A DNA stretch of 64,000 bases from an uncultured bacterium (GCA_963766885.1 CAVYBO010000002.1:464606-528605); one strand, 5' to 3'; numbered from the stretch's first letter, positions 39,841 through 49,776 are shown. The notes: generated by a model not told the origin, from the sequence alone. A program made the numbers and translations.

Positions 39841-40118
39841 AATTGCTTTCTTCCGTCCGCGTCACTGAGATTTGAGGTTTACCATCTTTGCAGATCTATA
39901 TCCTCTCATCTCTGAATTTTATTTGGGAACAATTTTTTTCAAAATATTTCCACTAGAAAAAAGCAAGAAGTTCTCTCTATCCTTGTCGCACTCTGCCGTA
40001 ATCCTTGAACTACTGGCACTCTGGCGAATCTCAGGTGAGATATCCCGCGAACTTGAACCGTAACCCAAGTTGCATTAGCAAGATTTATAAATATTAACTG
40101 GTTGTATGTAAAAGACAA

Positions 40119-40152
40119 GAGCCTCCGGCAAAAAAATTTTGCGCGGAGGCTC
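40119..40152 (-). terminator. intrinsic terminator or GC hairpin downstream of the DGR target gene and VR
   Basis: 9-bp stem GAGCCTCCG/CGGAGGCTC. On the minus strand the stem is followed by TTGTCTTTT. It is 40 nt downstream of the target stop codon. Confidence 0.45.
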
Positions 40153-40190
40153 AAGGATTCAAGAGGGACAAGCCCTCTAGGGTTCAAGTT

Positions 40191-40970
40191 TCACTGCTTC
40201 CGGGAGGCGGAGACACCGAGGTTGTCGCGGCGGCTGCCGTCCCAGTCGTCGTCGACGAGCAGACCCCCGGCACCGAAGCCGCCGAGGATCACACGGTTGC
40301 CATCCGAGTCGAGATCAACGCAGCGAACGTAGACCTTCTCGAACAGACGCTCGCCGGTGGCGAGGAAGTGGCCGATGATGGTGTAGACCATCACTTGCGC
40401 CTTCGGCGTTTCCTCGTCTTTCGAGAGGAGAGCCTGCTGTTCGGTCCAGTTTTTGCTCGTTGAGTCGGCAACGGGTTCCTTGCGGACCAGTTGCCAGCCG
40501 ACTTCGCCTTTGTCCTTGGCGAACGATTCCTTGTTGTACCAGTCCTGGTTGTAGAACGGGCACTTGCTCTTGGCGATGCCACGGATGTCGAGGATCGAGA
40601 GTGGAAACACGGCGACGAGAATGTGCGTGTCCTTGCAGGACCGGAGCACTTCCTCGGAGAACGGAACTTCGGCCAGAGTGGCGATCTGCTGCTTCGAAGG
40701 GTTAACCCCAAAGTACTTGATTGCTTCCTCGATACCGAAGAAGTTCGCTCCCATGATTTCGCGGGCTTTGAGCCATTGCGGATTCAGGCTTGTGGATGAT
40801 TTGTCCGACAGCCAGAGATTGTCCACTGCAAATCCTGCGAGTCTAGTAAGATACTCCTGATCGATGTTGATACGTTCTGCTACTGCATCGGCGTGATCGC
40901 CGAGTGTAACCCAGAAGCGTTGTTGTGCGCCGTTTATTTCACCGGCTGGAACTTGAGTCCAATTTTTCAT
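40191..40970 (-). CDS. DGR target (variable) protein. The ORF is open up to a GTG at 41093, and the ATG at about 40970 is the preferred start.
   Basis: GC is about 52%. The C-terminal ...NRVILGGFGAGGLLVDDDWDGSRRDNLGVSASRKQ is encoded by the VR. There is no signal peptide. Confidence 0.68.
   Translation of the reverse strand: MKNWTQVPAGEINGAQQRFWVTLGDHADAVAERINIDQEYLTRLAGFAVDNLWLSDKSSTSLNPQWLKAREIMGANFFGIEEAIKYFGVNPSKQQIATLAEVPFSEEVLRSCKDTHILVAVFPLSILDIRGIAKSKCPFYNQDWYNKESFAKDKGEVGWQLVRKEPVADSTSKNWTEQQALLSKDEETPKAQVMVYTIIGHFLATGERLFEKVYVRCVDLDSDGNRVILGGFGAGGLLVDDDWDGSRRDNLGVSASRKQ
40200..40314 (-). repeat. DGR variable repeat (VR) forming the 3' end of the target gene
   Basis: 115 bp and 84% identical to the TR. 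Every one of the 18 differences falls at a TR adenine on the coding sense. It encodes the last 38 codons of the target ORF. Confidence 0.88.
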
Positions 40971-41201
40971 GATGCGTGGTTTCTTTCTGTTAGCTCTTTT
41001 GAAATTATCGGGAGAGCGACTAGTGAGAATACGATCTCGGATATTACGTCTTGTCTTTGTGAGACGAGCTTTATATGTCCTTCGAAAGGGCACAAAAAGC
41101 TCGTCTCAAGCAGTGATAACTTGTCAAAGAAGTTTGGGTATATTATATCACATTTTATAGACTTTTGCAAGTTCAAAATAACTCCTATTTTATAATTAAA
41201 T

Positions 41202-42386
41202 TTACGAGAAAATCTTTTGGAGCCAAGAAATGTTTTGTGTTTGGAAATTTTCTTTGATTGCTTCAATGCCAGGCAAAGTACCGTTGGCTAGAAAATCAAG
41301 CATCGCTCCGCCTCCTGTAGAAACAAAATACATTTTTTCCATTATATTCAGGTGCTCAATTGACGCCACTGTGTCTCCGCCTCCGACAATTGACGTGGCT
41401 TTGGATTCTGCAATCGCTTTGGCGCAGGCTTCGTTGCCCTCAACTCCGCCTTCTTCAAAATATCCAAGCGGTCCGTTCCAGACAATAAATTTAGCTTCGT
41501 CAATTAATACTTTGAGATTTTTCTCCGTTTCTGTGCCAATATCCCAGATTTTTTCTCCGACAGAAATTTTGTCAGGAGGTTTTACACTGACAAATCCCCT
41601 GCTTTGAGCGCGAACATCAACAGGTAAAATTATTTTACCGCTACCAACTGCACCTTGGAATTTTTTAATTTCTTGCGAATCAGCTCCAGCGCTATCACCA
41701 ATAAACAAGCCTTGAGATTTGAAAAAGCTGTTGGCGATAGCCCCGCCGATGAATATCTTGTCTGCAATATTAAAAAACTTTTGTATGAGCGGAAGTTTGG
41801 TTTCAAATTTTATTCCTCCGACAATAAGCAAAAACGGATGCTCCGGATGAAACGCCAAACTTAATTCTTTTATTTCTTTTTCAAATTCAAAGCCTATACA
41901 TGACGGCAAAAGTTTTGGCACACCAACCACTGAAGCATGACTTCTGTGAGAAACCGAGAACGCATCATTTACAAAATAATCTGCAAAGCTTGCTAAACGC
42001 TTTGAAAAATCTAAGTCGTTAGATTTTTCTCCGCTCCAATTCCGAAGATTTTCAAACAGTACAAAACCTCCGTCTTTCATTCTCTTGGCCTCGTCTTCAG
42101 CTTTGACAGAAAAGATATCTTTGACAAAGACAAGCCTTGGAAAAATATTTACTAAATATTTTGCAACAGGCTCAAGCGTTCCTTTGTCATCTTCCAAATG
42201 AGAAGCGATTACCGTATGCGCGCCAGCATCGTATAAGAATTTCAGGGTCCTCAAAGACCTTTCAATTCTGAACGAATCCGTGACCTCACCGTCTTTGATC
42301 GGCACATTAAGATCAAGGCGAAGTAAGACTTTTTTGCCTTTCAGATTTTTGCAATTTTTTAAAGTCGGAATTCTTAGGTTTTCCAT
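41202..42386 (-). CDS. pgk: phosphoglycerate kinase
   Basis: 394 aa with PGK N- and C-domains (LRLDLNVPIKDG ... GGGA..F). Confidence 0.9.
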   Translation of the reverse strand: MENLRIPTLKNCKNLKGKKVLLRLDLNVPIKDGEVTDSFRIERSLRTLKFLYDAGAHTVIASHLEDDKGTLEPVAKYLVNIFPRLVFVKDIFSVKAEDEAKRMKDGGFVLFENLRNWSGEKSNDLDFSKRLASFADYFVNDAFSVSHRSHASVVGVPKLLPSCIGFEFEKEIKELSLAFHPEHPFLLIVGGIKFETKLPLIQKFFNIADKIFIGGAIANSFFKSQGLFIGDSAGADSQEIKKFQGAVGSGKIILPVDVRAQSRGFVSVKPPDKISVGEKIWDIGTETEKNLKVLIDEAKFIVWNGPLGYFEEGGVEGNEACAKAIAESKATSIVGGGDTVASIEHLNIMEKMYFVSTGGGAMLDFLANGTLPGIEAIKENFQTQNISWLQKIFS

Positions 42387-42405
42387 TTTATAAATTCAGA
42401 AAATT

Positions 42406-43164
42406 TTACAGCGAAGCAATTATTTTTGAAAAAATTTTTGGCTTTAGACTTGCTCTGCCAATCAAAAAGCCATCGACTTTGCCGATTTCTACAAGTTCTT
42501 TACAATCTTTTTCGTCAACAGACCCGCCATAAATTAAAGGTATCTTTGTGCCGATTTTGTTTCCGTAAATTTCTGACAAAGTTCTTCTGATAAAAACAGA
42601 CGTCTCGCAAAGAACTTCTGGATTAATTGCGCCTTTAGCGGCCGATCCAACAGCCCAAATCGGCTCGTATGCGATTATCAATTTTTGCGCATTGTTTTTA
42701 GAAACACCGTGGAGCGAAGATTCAATAATAGATCGAATGGTCAAAAAAAACTGACCGTCTTTGTCGCGAATTTTCTCGCCAACACAAACAATCGGAGTAA
42801 GCTTGCAATTGACAGCCTTGAGAATTTTCTTGGAGACAGTTTCCGAGGTTTCACCCATTGCTCTTCTTTCCGAATGACCAACAATACAAAAACTCCCCCC
42901 AGAATTTTTAATTATTTTTGCACCTACCTCGCCGGTAAAAGCACCGGGGTCTTTGAGAGAAATATCTTGGGAACCGAGAAGCATGCCTTTAGGCAGATTT
43001 TCAAAAATTCCAAAATAAGGAAGTGGAGGGCAAATTACAACCTCTTTTCTGGTCTTGGATTTTTTTGGACGGAGAGATTTTTTCAGATTATTAAAAATAG
43101 CTTTTGCTTCCGCAAAAGAGTTTGGGTTCATTTTCCAGTTTGCAACAATTATTTTCTTCGCCAC
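42406..43164 (-). CDS. tpiA: triosephosphate isomerase
   Basis: 252 aa with a TIM signature (AYEPIWAVGS, IVGHSERR, IYGGSV). Confidence 0.9.
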   Translation of the reverse strand: MAKKIIVANWKMNPNSFAEAKAIFNNLKKSLRPKKSKTRKEVVICPPLPYFGIFENLPKGMLLGSQDISLKDPGAFTGEVGAKIIKNSGGSFCIVGHSERRAMGETSETVSKKILKAVNCKLTPIVCVGEKIRDKDGQFFLTIRSIIESSLHGVSKNNAQKLIIAYEPIWAVGSAAKGAINPEVLCETSVFIRRTLSEIYGNKIGTKIPLIYGGSVDEKDCKELVEIGKVDGFLIGRASLKPKIFSKIIASL

Positions 43165-43207
43165 AGGAATATTTTATCAGAAAATACACATTGAAACTAA
43201 TCTTCGA

Positions 43208-45211
43208 CTAATTTGAAGTCTCTTGATAGCTTGAAACGTTCCAACTTCCAGAGGGGCCGTTTGTGAAATCAAGGCTAGCCAGTCCAGTTTGATATGTAAT
43301 TGAAGAGCCGCCATCCACATCGATTGCATTCGCTGCAACAGAGTTGGCTGATGCGCCGCCGACAAAAGTGGCTGTGCCGTTCGGAGCTTCCACCACCACC
43401 GCTCCCGCTCCGCCGTTTATATTGACCGCAGAGATTGAGCTGCTTGTTGTAATTGCAACAATATAGCTGCCGGAACTTCCCGATCCCGTCATATACCCGC
43501 CTCCTGAAATACTTAGGTTGCCATTTGATATTAAATAACCATCATTTGCGCCAAAGGAGCTGTCCAACTGAACTTTTCCTCCCCCAGAAACCGTGACACT
43601 TCCATTAACAAACATCATCCCTTTCATATCCAGAGTGCTGCCGCCCGACACTGAAAGAGTCCCAGTCACAACATTTGTTGTCCCAACGGTTGCAGTACCA
43701 GAACCAACCGTAAAGTTTCCGCCTGCCTTTAGCGTGGTGGCATTAAATGCGCAGCCGCTTTCAACATCCACGCTTCCAGTAACATACAAACTTCCGAATG
43801 TTGCCGGGCTGTTGCTGCAATCCAAAGTAAGATTGCCGTTCACTTCGGTCAAACTTGAAGTTGTAGTGCCGGCATAATTTATCGTCAAGTTTCCGTTGTA
43901 AGTCCATCCTCCGGAAACATTTGTAGCGGATGAAATTGCACTTTCCCAATCAGTGATGTTGCCGGATGAAATCGGAAACTGCGCTGCCACAGGATCGCTT
44001 CCTTTTGTGCCATTGCAGCTTTCTGATGTTCCTGAAGAATTCATTAGATAATTGCTTATCTGACAATATCCAGTACCTGTAACTTTGGCATAATCTATTT
44101 CGTGAGCCCAAGCATTACCGCCGATTGTTATTGGGTTGTACTGACTGCCAGTTGAGGCCGCAATCACTCCGAAACTTCCTCCAAGATAAACATTAAAATA
44201 AAGATCGGCTGTGGAAGGAGTTTCATTGCTCCACGTTCCATTTGCTCCATATGCTCCAGATTCCACTTTTGAAGCTCCGTTCGCATATGTATTATTTGTG
44301 GCAGCCAGAGTGTAATAATTTGTGGATGAAACTGAAGGGACAGTCACGACTATCCAATATGTAGTATTCAAAGATGGTGTTGGCGCAGGTGAAATTGGTA
44401 CCGTGATATAAGAATATCCTGAACTTACAAGACTGGCACTCAGTGTTCCTGAACCTAAACTTGTGCTTGAAGGCTTGCCAGAAGAATCTGCTGTAATGTA
44501 AACAGTAGCGTTTGACGGACTGCCGGTTTTTTCTATATAAAGACTTACCTCTGTGATTGAACTTGTGGCAGTAACTTTAAAACTTTGAGCGATTGTTTGC
44601 GTGCTCGAAGTGGTTCCGAAACTTAAATTGTAATCAGGAGTAGAACTTGAGTTTGATTGGTTGGCAGTAGGGTTGGATAAATTTGCAACTGTAACCGATC
44701 CGGTAATTGTGGAACTTTGGGTGCCATACACGCTTCCGTTTGAATACAAACTTCCGTTGATTGTTGCTGAACCCAGAGTAACTCCGCCCGTTCCGACTTG
44801 AAGTCCATAATTAAATGACGCTCCAGCGCCCTCCGAGACAGAAAGCGTGGAAATTCTTGTGGAGCCGTTTGAAACACCCGAACTTTTGATTGTCTCTCCA
44901 CCTGAAGTAGTCGTCACAGCCGCCGTTCCTGAAACTCCGCTTGTTGTGAAAGGCAGCGTTACACTTGAGCTAAGAGTATAGCCTTTGTTCAAAGCATAAT
45001 AGGCATCATCGCTGACAGAATCTGCTGCCGCAAAGCTCTGGCGAGATTTTATCAAATCCCGTGAGTTCTTGATTTGGTTGGCCGTAGGCAACGTGGCTCC
45101 GGCAATCAAAGCCAGAGACATAATCATAAAAAACGTCAGCGCAACCAGTACCGCTTGGCCTTTTTTGAATTCTTTCTTTTGTTTTATTATTTTTTTAAAA
45201 AAATTTTTCAT
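43208..45211 (-). CDS. large Ser/Thr/Gly/Asn-rich secreted protein at the end of the pilus operon, a putative pilus-associated adhesin or tip protein
   Basis: About 667 aa from MKNFFKK with an N-terminal hydrophobic anchor (AVLVALTFFMIMSLALIAGA). It is low-complexity and T/S/G-rich, and it is co-directional with and just downstream of the three prepilins. Confidence 0.45.
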   Translation of the reverse strand: MKNFFKKIIKQKKEFKKGQAVLVALTFFMIMSLALIAGATLPTANQIKNSRDLIKSRQSFAAADSVSDDAYYALNKGYTLSSSVTLPFTTSGVSGTAAVTTTSGGETIKSSGVSNGSTRISTLSVSEGAGASFNYGLQVGTGGVTLGSATINGSLYSNGSVYGTQSSTITGSVTVANLSNPTANQSNSSSTPDYNLSFGTTSSTQTIAQSFKVTATSSITEVSLYIEKTGSPSNATVYITADSSGKPSSTSLGSGTLSASLVSSGYSYITVPISPAPTPSLNTTYWIVVTVPSVSSTNYYTLAATNNTYANGASKVESGAYGANGTWSNETPSTADLYFNVYLGGSFGVIAASTGSQYNPITIGGNAWAHEIDYAKVTGTGYCQISNYLMNSSGTSESCNGTKGSDPVAAQFPISSGNITDWESAISSATNVSGGWTYNGNLTINYAGTTTSSLTEVNGNLTLDCSNSPATFGSLYVTGSVDVESGCAFNATTLKAGGNFTVGSGTATVGTTNVVTGTLSVSGGSTLDMKGMMFVNGSVTVSGGGKVQLDSSFGANDGYLISNGNLSISGGGYMTGSGSSGSYIVAITTSSSISAVNINGGAGAVVVEAPNGTATFVGGASANSVAANAIDVDGGSSITYQTGLASLDFTNGPSGSWNVSSYQETSN

Positions 45212-45218
45212 TGAATTA

Positions 45219-45731
45219 TTAATACGAGCCTCGCAAAACCGCTGAGTCCTCAAAAGATTTTGCCGGCGTTCCAGATGTTTGGAGAGTCATCAATATTTGG
45301 ACTCCTGAAGAATTTGAATTGGAAAAATAATTAAATGTCAGATTGGAAACCGTAACATCAGACAAAGTCAGCGGCCCCAATTGCGTGCCGTTTTGGTCAA
45401 CATATAAAACCCCATTCGTTAAATAAAATTTCAAAGTCTCTGAAGTGCCTGTCGGGGTGTTTCCGTTCAAAGTCAAAACTCCGTTCGAGGTTCCAAATGT
45501 TGACTGCGAGGCATTTACGGAATCCGCGTCCCTGATTTCCCGTTCCATCCTGTCCATTGCAGCAACAGCAGAATTTTCAACATCCCTTATTGTTCTCATT
45601 TTTTTGTACGCCTTAACAATACTCGCGGTGCTCCAGATAATTGCTGAAATCAAAATGCAGAGCAAAGCAATATAGATAATTGTCTCAACCAAAGAATAGC
45701 CGCTTTTTTTATTTTTAATTGTTGAAATCAT
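45219..45731 (-). CDS. prepilin-type (type IV pilin or pseudopilin) protein
   Basis: The class III signal is KKSG/YSLVETIIYIALL, with cleavage after G and Glu at +5. The start was chosen at MISTIKN. The longest ORF extends to 45845. Confidence 0.65.
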   Translation of the reverse strand: MISTIKNKKSGYSLVETIIYIALLCILISAIIWSTASIVKAYKKMRTIRDVENSAVAAMDRMEREIRDADSVNASQSTFGTSNGVLTLNGNTPTGTSETLKFYLTNGVLYVDQNGTQLGPLTLSDVTVSNLTFNYFSNSNSSGVQILMTLQTSGTPAKSFEDSAVLRGSY

Positions 45732-46227
45732 TGAATAAATAAGTCTCAAGAATCTGGCTTGTAGTGGCATTTCCATTTTTCCAAGACACGGTGATTGTTG
45801 CTTTCCTGCTTCCAGAGTCCACAGTTCCTCCACTTGATACAACATTAAAATTTGAATCCCTGCTTACGCTTGATAAAACAAAACTTCTTTGAAATTTGCT
45901 TTCAACAAAAGTATTGACCGTCGAAGATGTCCATAAGTTTGAAGTCGAGTTGTAAGTCAAATAATAAGTGTTCCCGACAGTGAGAGCTGCGATGTTTGAA
46001 GTCCATCCAGCGTCTCTGATCGAGCGCAAGGCCTCGCTTCCTTCTTCCAATAAAAATCCTGCTTGAACATAAGAAGTATCTCTTTCCGCAAACTGCGTGA
46101 CTATAGAAAAGCACCAGAAAACTCCGACCCAAAGCGCAAGCATTACTGCCGCTCCAATCATTATTTCAACCAAGCTGAAACCTTTTGTTTTTTTATTATG
46201 AATTTTGCCTTTCATTATGTTAATCAT
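45715..46227 (-). CDS. prepilin-type (type IV pilin or pseudopilin) protein
   Basis: The signal is KTKG/FSLVEIMIGAAV. The start at 46227 overlaps the upstream stop by ATGA. Confidence 0.65.
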   Translation of the reverse strand: MINIMKGKIHNKKTKGFSLVEIMIGAAVMLALWVGVFWCFSIVTQFAERDTSYVQAGFLLEEGSEALRSIRDAGWTSNIAALTVGNTYYLTYNSTSNLWTSSTVNTFVESKFQRSFVLSSVSRDSNFNVVSSGGTVDSGSRKATITVSWKNGNATTSQILETYLFNDFNN

Positions 46228-46682
46228 TGTGAAATGCCAGAACCATAAATCGTAATCACCGTTGAATTGCCTTTTGATGAAAGAGTTACGGTGCCTGTCG
46301 TACTTGGAATGCCTGTGACTTTATTGAAATAAAAACTTGTCGTCGCGTTAGAAAGGACAGTTGAAATCTTTGAAACAGCTAAATTATACACCGCGTCCCT
46401 AGCCGCCCCATCCACATTTGTCCCCTGAAACAGAAGCACCGAAGAATGTCCGAACGAAATACCATGTTCAACGCTTTCATCCCCGTTTAAAGCCATTGTC
46501 CTTGCCTTGGATAAGGCAGAGAGGACTATTGATTTATCCGAGTCCAAAGTGTTTTCACTGGAAGTGCTAATCATTGCAGCCGCGCCAGCCAAAGCCAAAA
46601 TCGTAACGATTGCCAAAACAATAATCAACTCAAGAAAAGTTGCCCCGGATTTTTTATTTTTTTTTGTTCCTGAAAAAAACAT
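46224..46682 (-). CDS. prepilin-type (type IV pilin) protein
   Basis: 152 aa with the signal KKSG/ATFLELIIVLAIVTIL and the typical Glu at +5. Confidence 0.7.
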   Translation of the reverse strand: MFFSGTKKNKKSGATFLELIIVLAIVTILALAGAAAMISTSSENTLDSDKSIVLSALSKARTMALNGDESVEHGISFGHSSVLLFQGTNVDGAARDAVYNLAVSKISTVLSNATTSFYFNKVTGIPSTTGTVTLSSKGNSTVITIYGSGISQ

Positions 46683-47896
46683 TATGGTGAAATATTGTTA
46701 AGCACTGTATACATCGGAGTAATCATTGAAACGGCAAAAAATCCCACCGCCAAACCTATGACAACCATAAGTACTGGTTCTATTACGGTAGACATATCCT
46801 TGGTCTTTTGCTCAACTTCATTTTCATAATATTCCGCGGTTTGTTTTAACATATCTGAAAGCTTCCCCGTCTCTTCCCCAACGCTTGCCATTTCAGCCAT
46901 AAAAGCAGGATACAAATCTTCATGTTGCTCGAATATCCCTGAAATCGGCTCTCCTTTTTGTATAACAGCGGCCATTTGATCCAAAACAGTTTTATAAAAA
47001 GAATTTTGGATGACATCTTTGGTAATTTGCACAGCCTTAACCATGTCTACACCAGAAGAAAGAAGCGATGACATTGTCCTGGCTGTCCTTGCGGAATTAG
47101 TTTCTTTGGTAAGCACTCCTATAACAGGCAGTCTGAGAATTATAATTTCATAAAGTTTTTTGCCCCAGGAGCTCCTAAAAACATAGACAAATCCTGAAAT
47201 AAAAAGTATCACTCCTAAAGATAAAAGAACGTAATGATTTATGACGGTGCTGCTGATATCAAGAATCACCTGTGTTGATCCAGGGATTGGAGCATTAAGG
47301 TCTTTGAAAGTTGAAGTTAAAGTAGGCACAACAAATATGAGCATCAGGACCGCAATTACAAGCATCAAAGTTATAACGATAGCAGGATAAATCATCGCTC
47401 CTTTGATTTTTTTGGCTAAGGTATAATTTTTTTCCATCTGATTTGCCACAAGCATCAAAGATTCCGAAAGTGATCCGCTTTCTTCTCCTGCGCGCACCAT
47501 TGAAATAAAAAGTGAATTGAATGTGTCAGGAAAACTTTCAAGGGCATCATGAAAAGTCTTGCCCTCAGCCACTGATTTGATAACTACGCCCAGCATGTTT
47601 TTCATCTTTTCTGACTTTGACTGCTTTTCTATCACTTGAAGCCCTCTGGAAAGAGCAAGTCCGGCCTTCAACATTGAACCTAAATTCTTGGCAAAAATAA
47701 TTTTGTCATGGGTGCCAATTTTATTTCCAATAAAGGGAATTTTGATATTCAGACTTCCCGAGCCTCCCGCTTTAGAAAATTTTATTAGCGATAGATTTTC
47801 TTTTTTTAGTTCAGCAAAAAGAGCAAACTTGTCTGCAGCATCAAAAACACCTTCGCCTATTTGCTCCCCATTTTTATAACTGACTTTGAATTTCAT
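46682..47896 (-). CDS. pilC: type IV pilus assembly platform protein PilC (GspF family)
   Basis: 404 aa with two T2SF domains and 3 TM helices, directly downstream of pilB. Confidence 0.85.
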   Translation of the reverse strand: MKFKVSYKNGEQIGEGVFDAADKFALFAELKKENLSLIKFSKAGGSGSLNIKIPFIGNKIGTHDKIIFAKNLGSMLKAGLALSRGLQVIEKQSKSEKMKNMLGVVIKSVAEGKTFHDALESFPDTFNSLFISMVRAGEESGSLSESLMLVANQMEKNYTLAKKIKGAMIYPAIVITLMLVIAVLMLIFVVPTLTSTFKDLNAPIPGSTQVILDISSTVINHYVLLSLGVILFISGFVYVFRSSWGKKLYEIIILRLPVIGVLTKETNSARTARTMSSLLSSGVDMVKAVQITKDVIQNSFYKTVLDQMAAVIQKGEPISGIFEQHEDLYPAFMAEMASVGEETGKLSDMLKQTAEYYENEVEQKTKDMSTVIEPVLMVVIGLAVGFFAVSMITPMYTVLNNISP

Positions 47897-47898
47897 AA

Positions 47899-49683
47899 TT
47901 ACTCCGAAATGACTCTGAGCACTTCTTCTATTGTGGTGTACCCTTTTATGGCTTTGACAATACCATCTTCAATCATTGAGAGCATCCCGTCTTTTTTGGC
48001 TTGAATTTCTATTTCGTCGGCAGAAGAATTTTTCATTATCAAGTTTCTGATTGTTGGAGTAATCCTTAAAACCTCATGAATACCGATTCGGGAATGATAA
48101 CCGTCAGGATATTCTTTGGAAGGAGATGCTTTCCAGAATTCAACATCTTTCCAAGTAGCATCCGGACCGACTATTTTTTCTTCTTTCAAAACAGCAAGAA
48201 CTCTCTCTGTATTTATTTTGGAAGTTAAATTTTTTATTTCCGCCTCAGTTAATTTAAATTTTTCCTTGGGTTTTTCAAGCCTTCGCACAAGCCTTTGACC
48301 GATGATAATCTGCAAAGTAGAAACCAAAAGAAACGGTTCGGCCTTCATATCAATAAGTCTTGGTATGGCTCCTGCAGCAGAGTTGGTATGAAGAGTTGAA
48401 AGCACTAAGTGTCCGGTAAGCGCAGCATTTATTGCAAGTGAAGCTGTTTCATCATCTCTGATTTCTCCAACCATAATTATATCCGGGTCCTGCCTGACCA
48501 AGCTCCTCAATCCTGAAGAAAAAGTAAATCCTATATCTGGCTTGACCTGTGTCTGATTTATCCTTTTCATCTGATATTCAATCGGATCTTCAATAGTTGA
48601 GATGTTTACATCCGGAGTGTTTAAAAGATCAAGCAGTGTGTAGAGCGTTGTGGTTTTTCCGCTTCCTGTCGGGCCAGTTGTTAGAATCATTCCTGTGGTT
48701 AAATTCATTGCTTGGTGAAGTTTTTCCAACGCTTCTCCAAAAAATCCCAACCCCTCAAGAGAAAATCCTGCACCGTTTTCTCTAAGCAATCTCATCACAG
48801 TCTTCTCTCCATAGTAAGTCGGAAGCATTGAAACACGGAAAGAAATCTGTTCACCGTTTATATCCATTTTGAATCGGCCATCCTGGGGCAAACGTTTTTC
48901 ATCCAGCTTCAAATTTGAAAGTACTTTTATTCTAGCTGTAATTCCGGCGCCTGCAGCTTTGGGTAAAATCATTGCGTCATGGAGAATGCCATCTATTCTA
49001 TACCTGATAATTACTTCATTCTCATACGGCTCAATATGTATGTCGGAAGCATCTTGAATAGCCGCATGCTTTACCAATGTATCTACAATTCTAACTACAG
49101 GAAGTTCTTCTGCGATTTTTTTTAAATCGTCTCCACTGGATTCTGTAATTTTGCCAAAATCTTCCGAAAGTCTCCCTGCTTCATTTTTGATAATATCTCC
49201 GAAGTCTGCTTTCAGGCTTTTCTGATATTGGAGCAATGCCGATTTTATAGAATCAACATTGGTAAGTCGCGGCAATATTCTAAGTCCGGTTTTCTTCTTG
49301 ATAAAACTTATTTCCGAAAAGTCTTCCACATCAAGCATGGCTACTTCAAGATCAGTTTCCGTTTTTTTGAAAGCAATAATGTTGTGCTTCCTGGCAATCG
49401 GCTCAGGAATCAAAGATAGAGTGGCAAAATCAAGCTTCTTGTCTTTCAAATCAACAAATGTGATTCCAAGCACATAAGCTTTGATGCGGATTAAATCATC
49501 TTCGCTTAGTTTGCCCTGGCGTACCAAAACATTTCCAATATCATCTTTCGCATCAAGGGCTTCTTTTTTGGCCGCATCCAAATCCTGTCTGGAAACCAGA
49601 CCCGAATCGAAAATAAATTTTTCAAGTTGTGTTGATTCAATAACCATTTGAGAGAATATTGAACTAATTATATCAGATAACAA
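47899..49683 (-). CDS. pilB: type IV pilus assembly ATPase PilB (GspE family)
   Basis: 594 aa with an N-terminal GSPII_E_N-like domain, Walker A GPTGSGKTTTL, Asp and His boxes, and a tetracysteine-less CPR-type C-terminus. Confidence 0.85.
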   Translation of the reverse strand: MLSDIISSIFSQMVIESTQLEKFIFDSGLVSRQDLDAAKKEALDAKDDIGNVLVRQGKLSEDDLIRIKAYVLGITFVDLKDKKLDFATLSLIPEPIARKHNIIAFKKTETDLEVAMLDVEDFSEISFIKKKTGLRILPRLTNVDSIKSALLQYQKSLKADFGDIIKNEAGRLSEDFGKITESSGDDLKKIAEELPVVRIVDTLVKHAAIQDASDIHIEPYENEVIIRYRIDGILHDAMILPKAAGAGITARIKVLSNLKLDEKRLPQDGRFKMDINGEQISFRVSMLPTYYGEKTVMRLLRENGAGFSLEGLGFFGEALEKLHQAMNLTTGMILTTGPTGSGKTTTLYTLLDLLNTPDVNISTIEDPIEYQMKRINQTQVKPDIGFTFSSGLRSLVRQDPDIIMVGEIRDDETASLAINAALTGHLVLSTLHTNSAAGAIPRLIDMKAEPFLLVSTLQIIIGQRLVRRLEKPKEKFKLTEAEIKNLTSKINTERVLAVLKEEKIVGPDATWKDVEFWKASPSKEYPDGYHSRIGIHEVLRITPTIRNLIMKNSSADEIEIQAKKDGMLSMIEDGIVKAIKGYTTIEEVLRVISE

Positions 49684-49776
49684 TCTCTCAAGAAAACAAA
49701 ACTATGAAAATTAATAGCCAAAAAACAGCTCCTAGTAATTACTAAAAGCTGTTTTTCTTTTATGACTAATAATATT

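Noticed and set aside
40315-40860. Multiple overlapping ORFs in five frames (82, 106, 81, 102 and 98 aa) inside the DGR target gene
   Set aside because: Stop codons are rare in this GC-rich (~52%) segment, so open frames arise by chance. Only the frame carrying the VR-encoded C-terminus is coherent.
45211-45253. Longer start (MRTQRFCEARINNS...) for the 681-aa Ser/Thr-rich protein
   Set aside because: That extension overlaps the end of the upstream prepilin gene by 35 nt. The internal MKNFFKK start gives a tidy junction and a normal signal-anchor.
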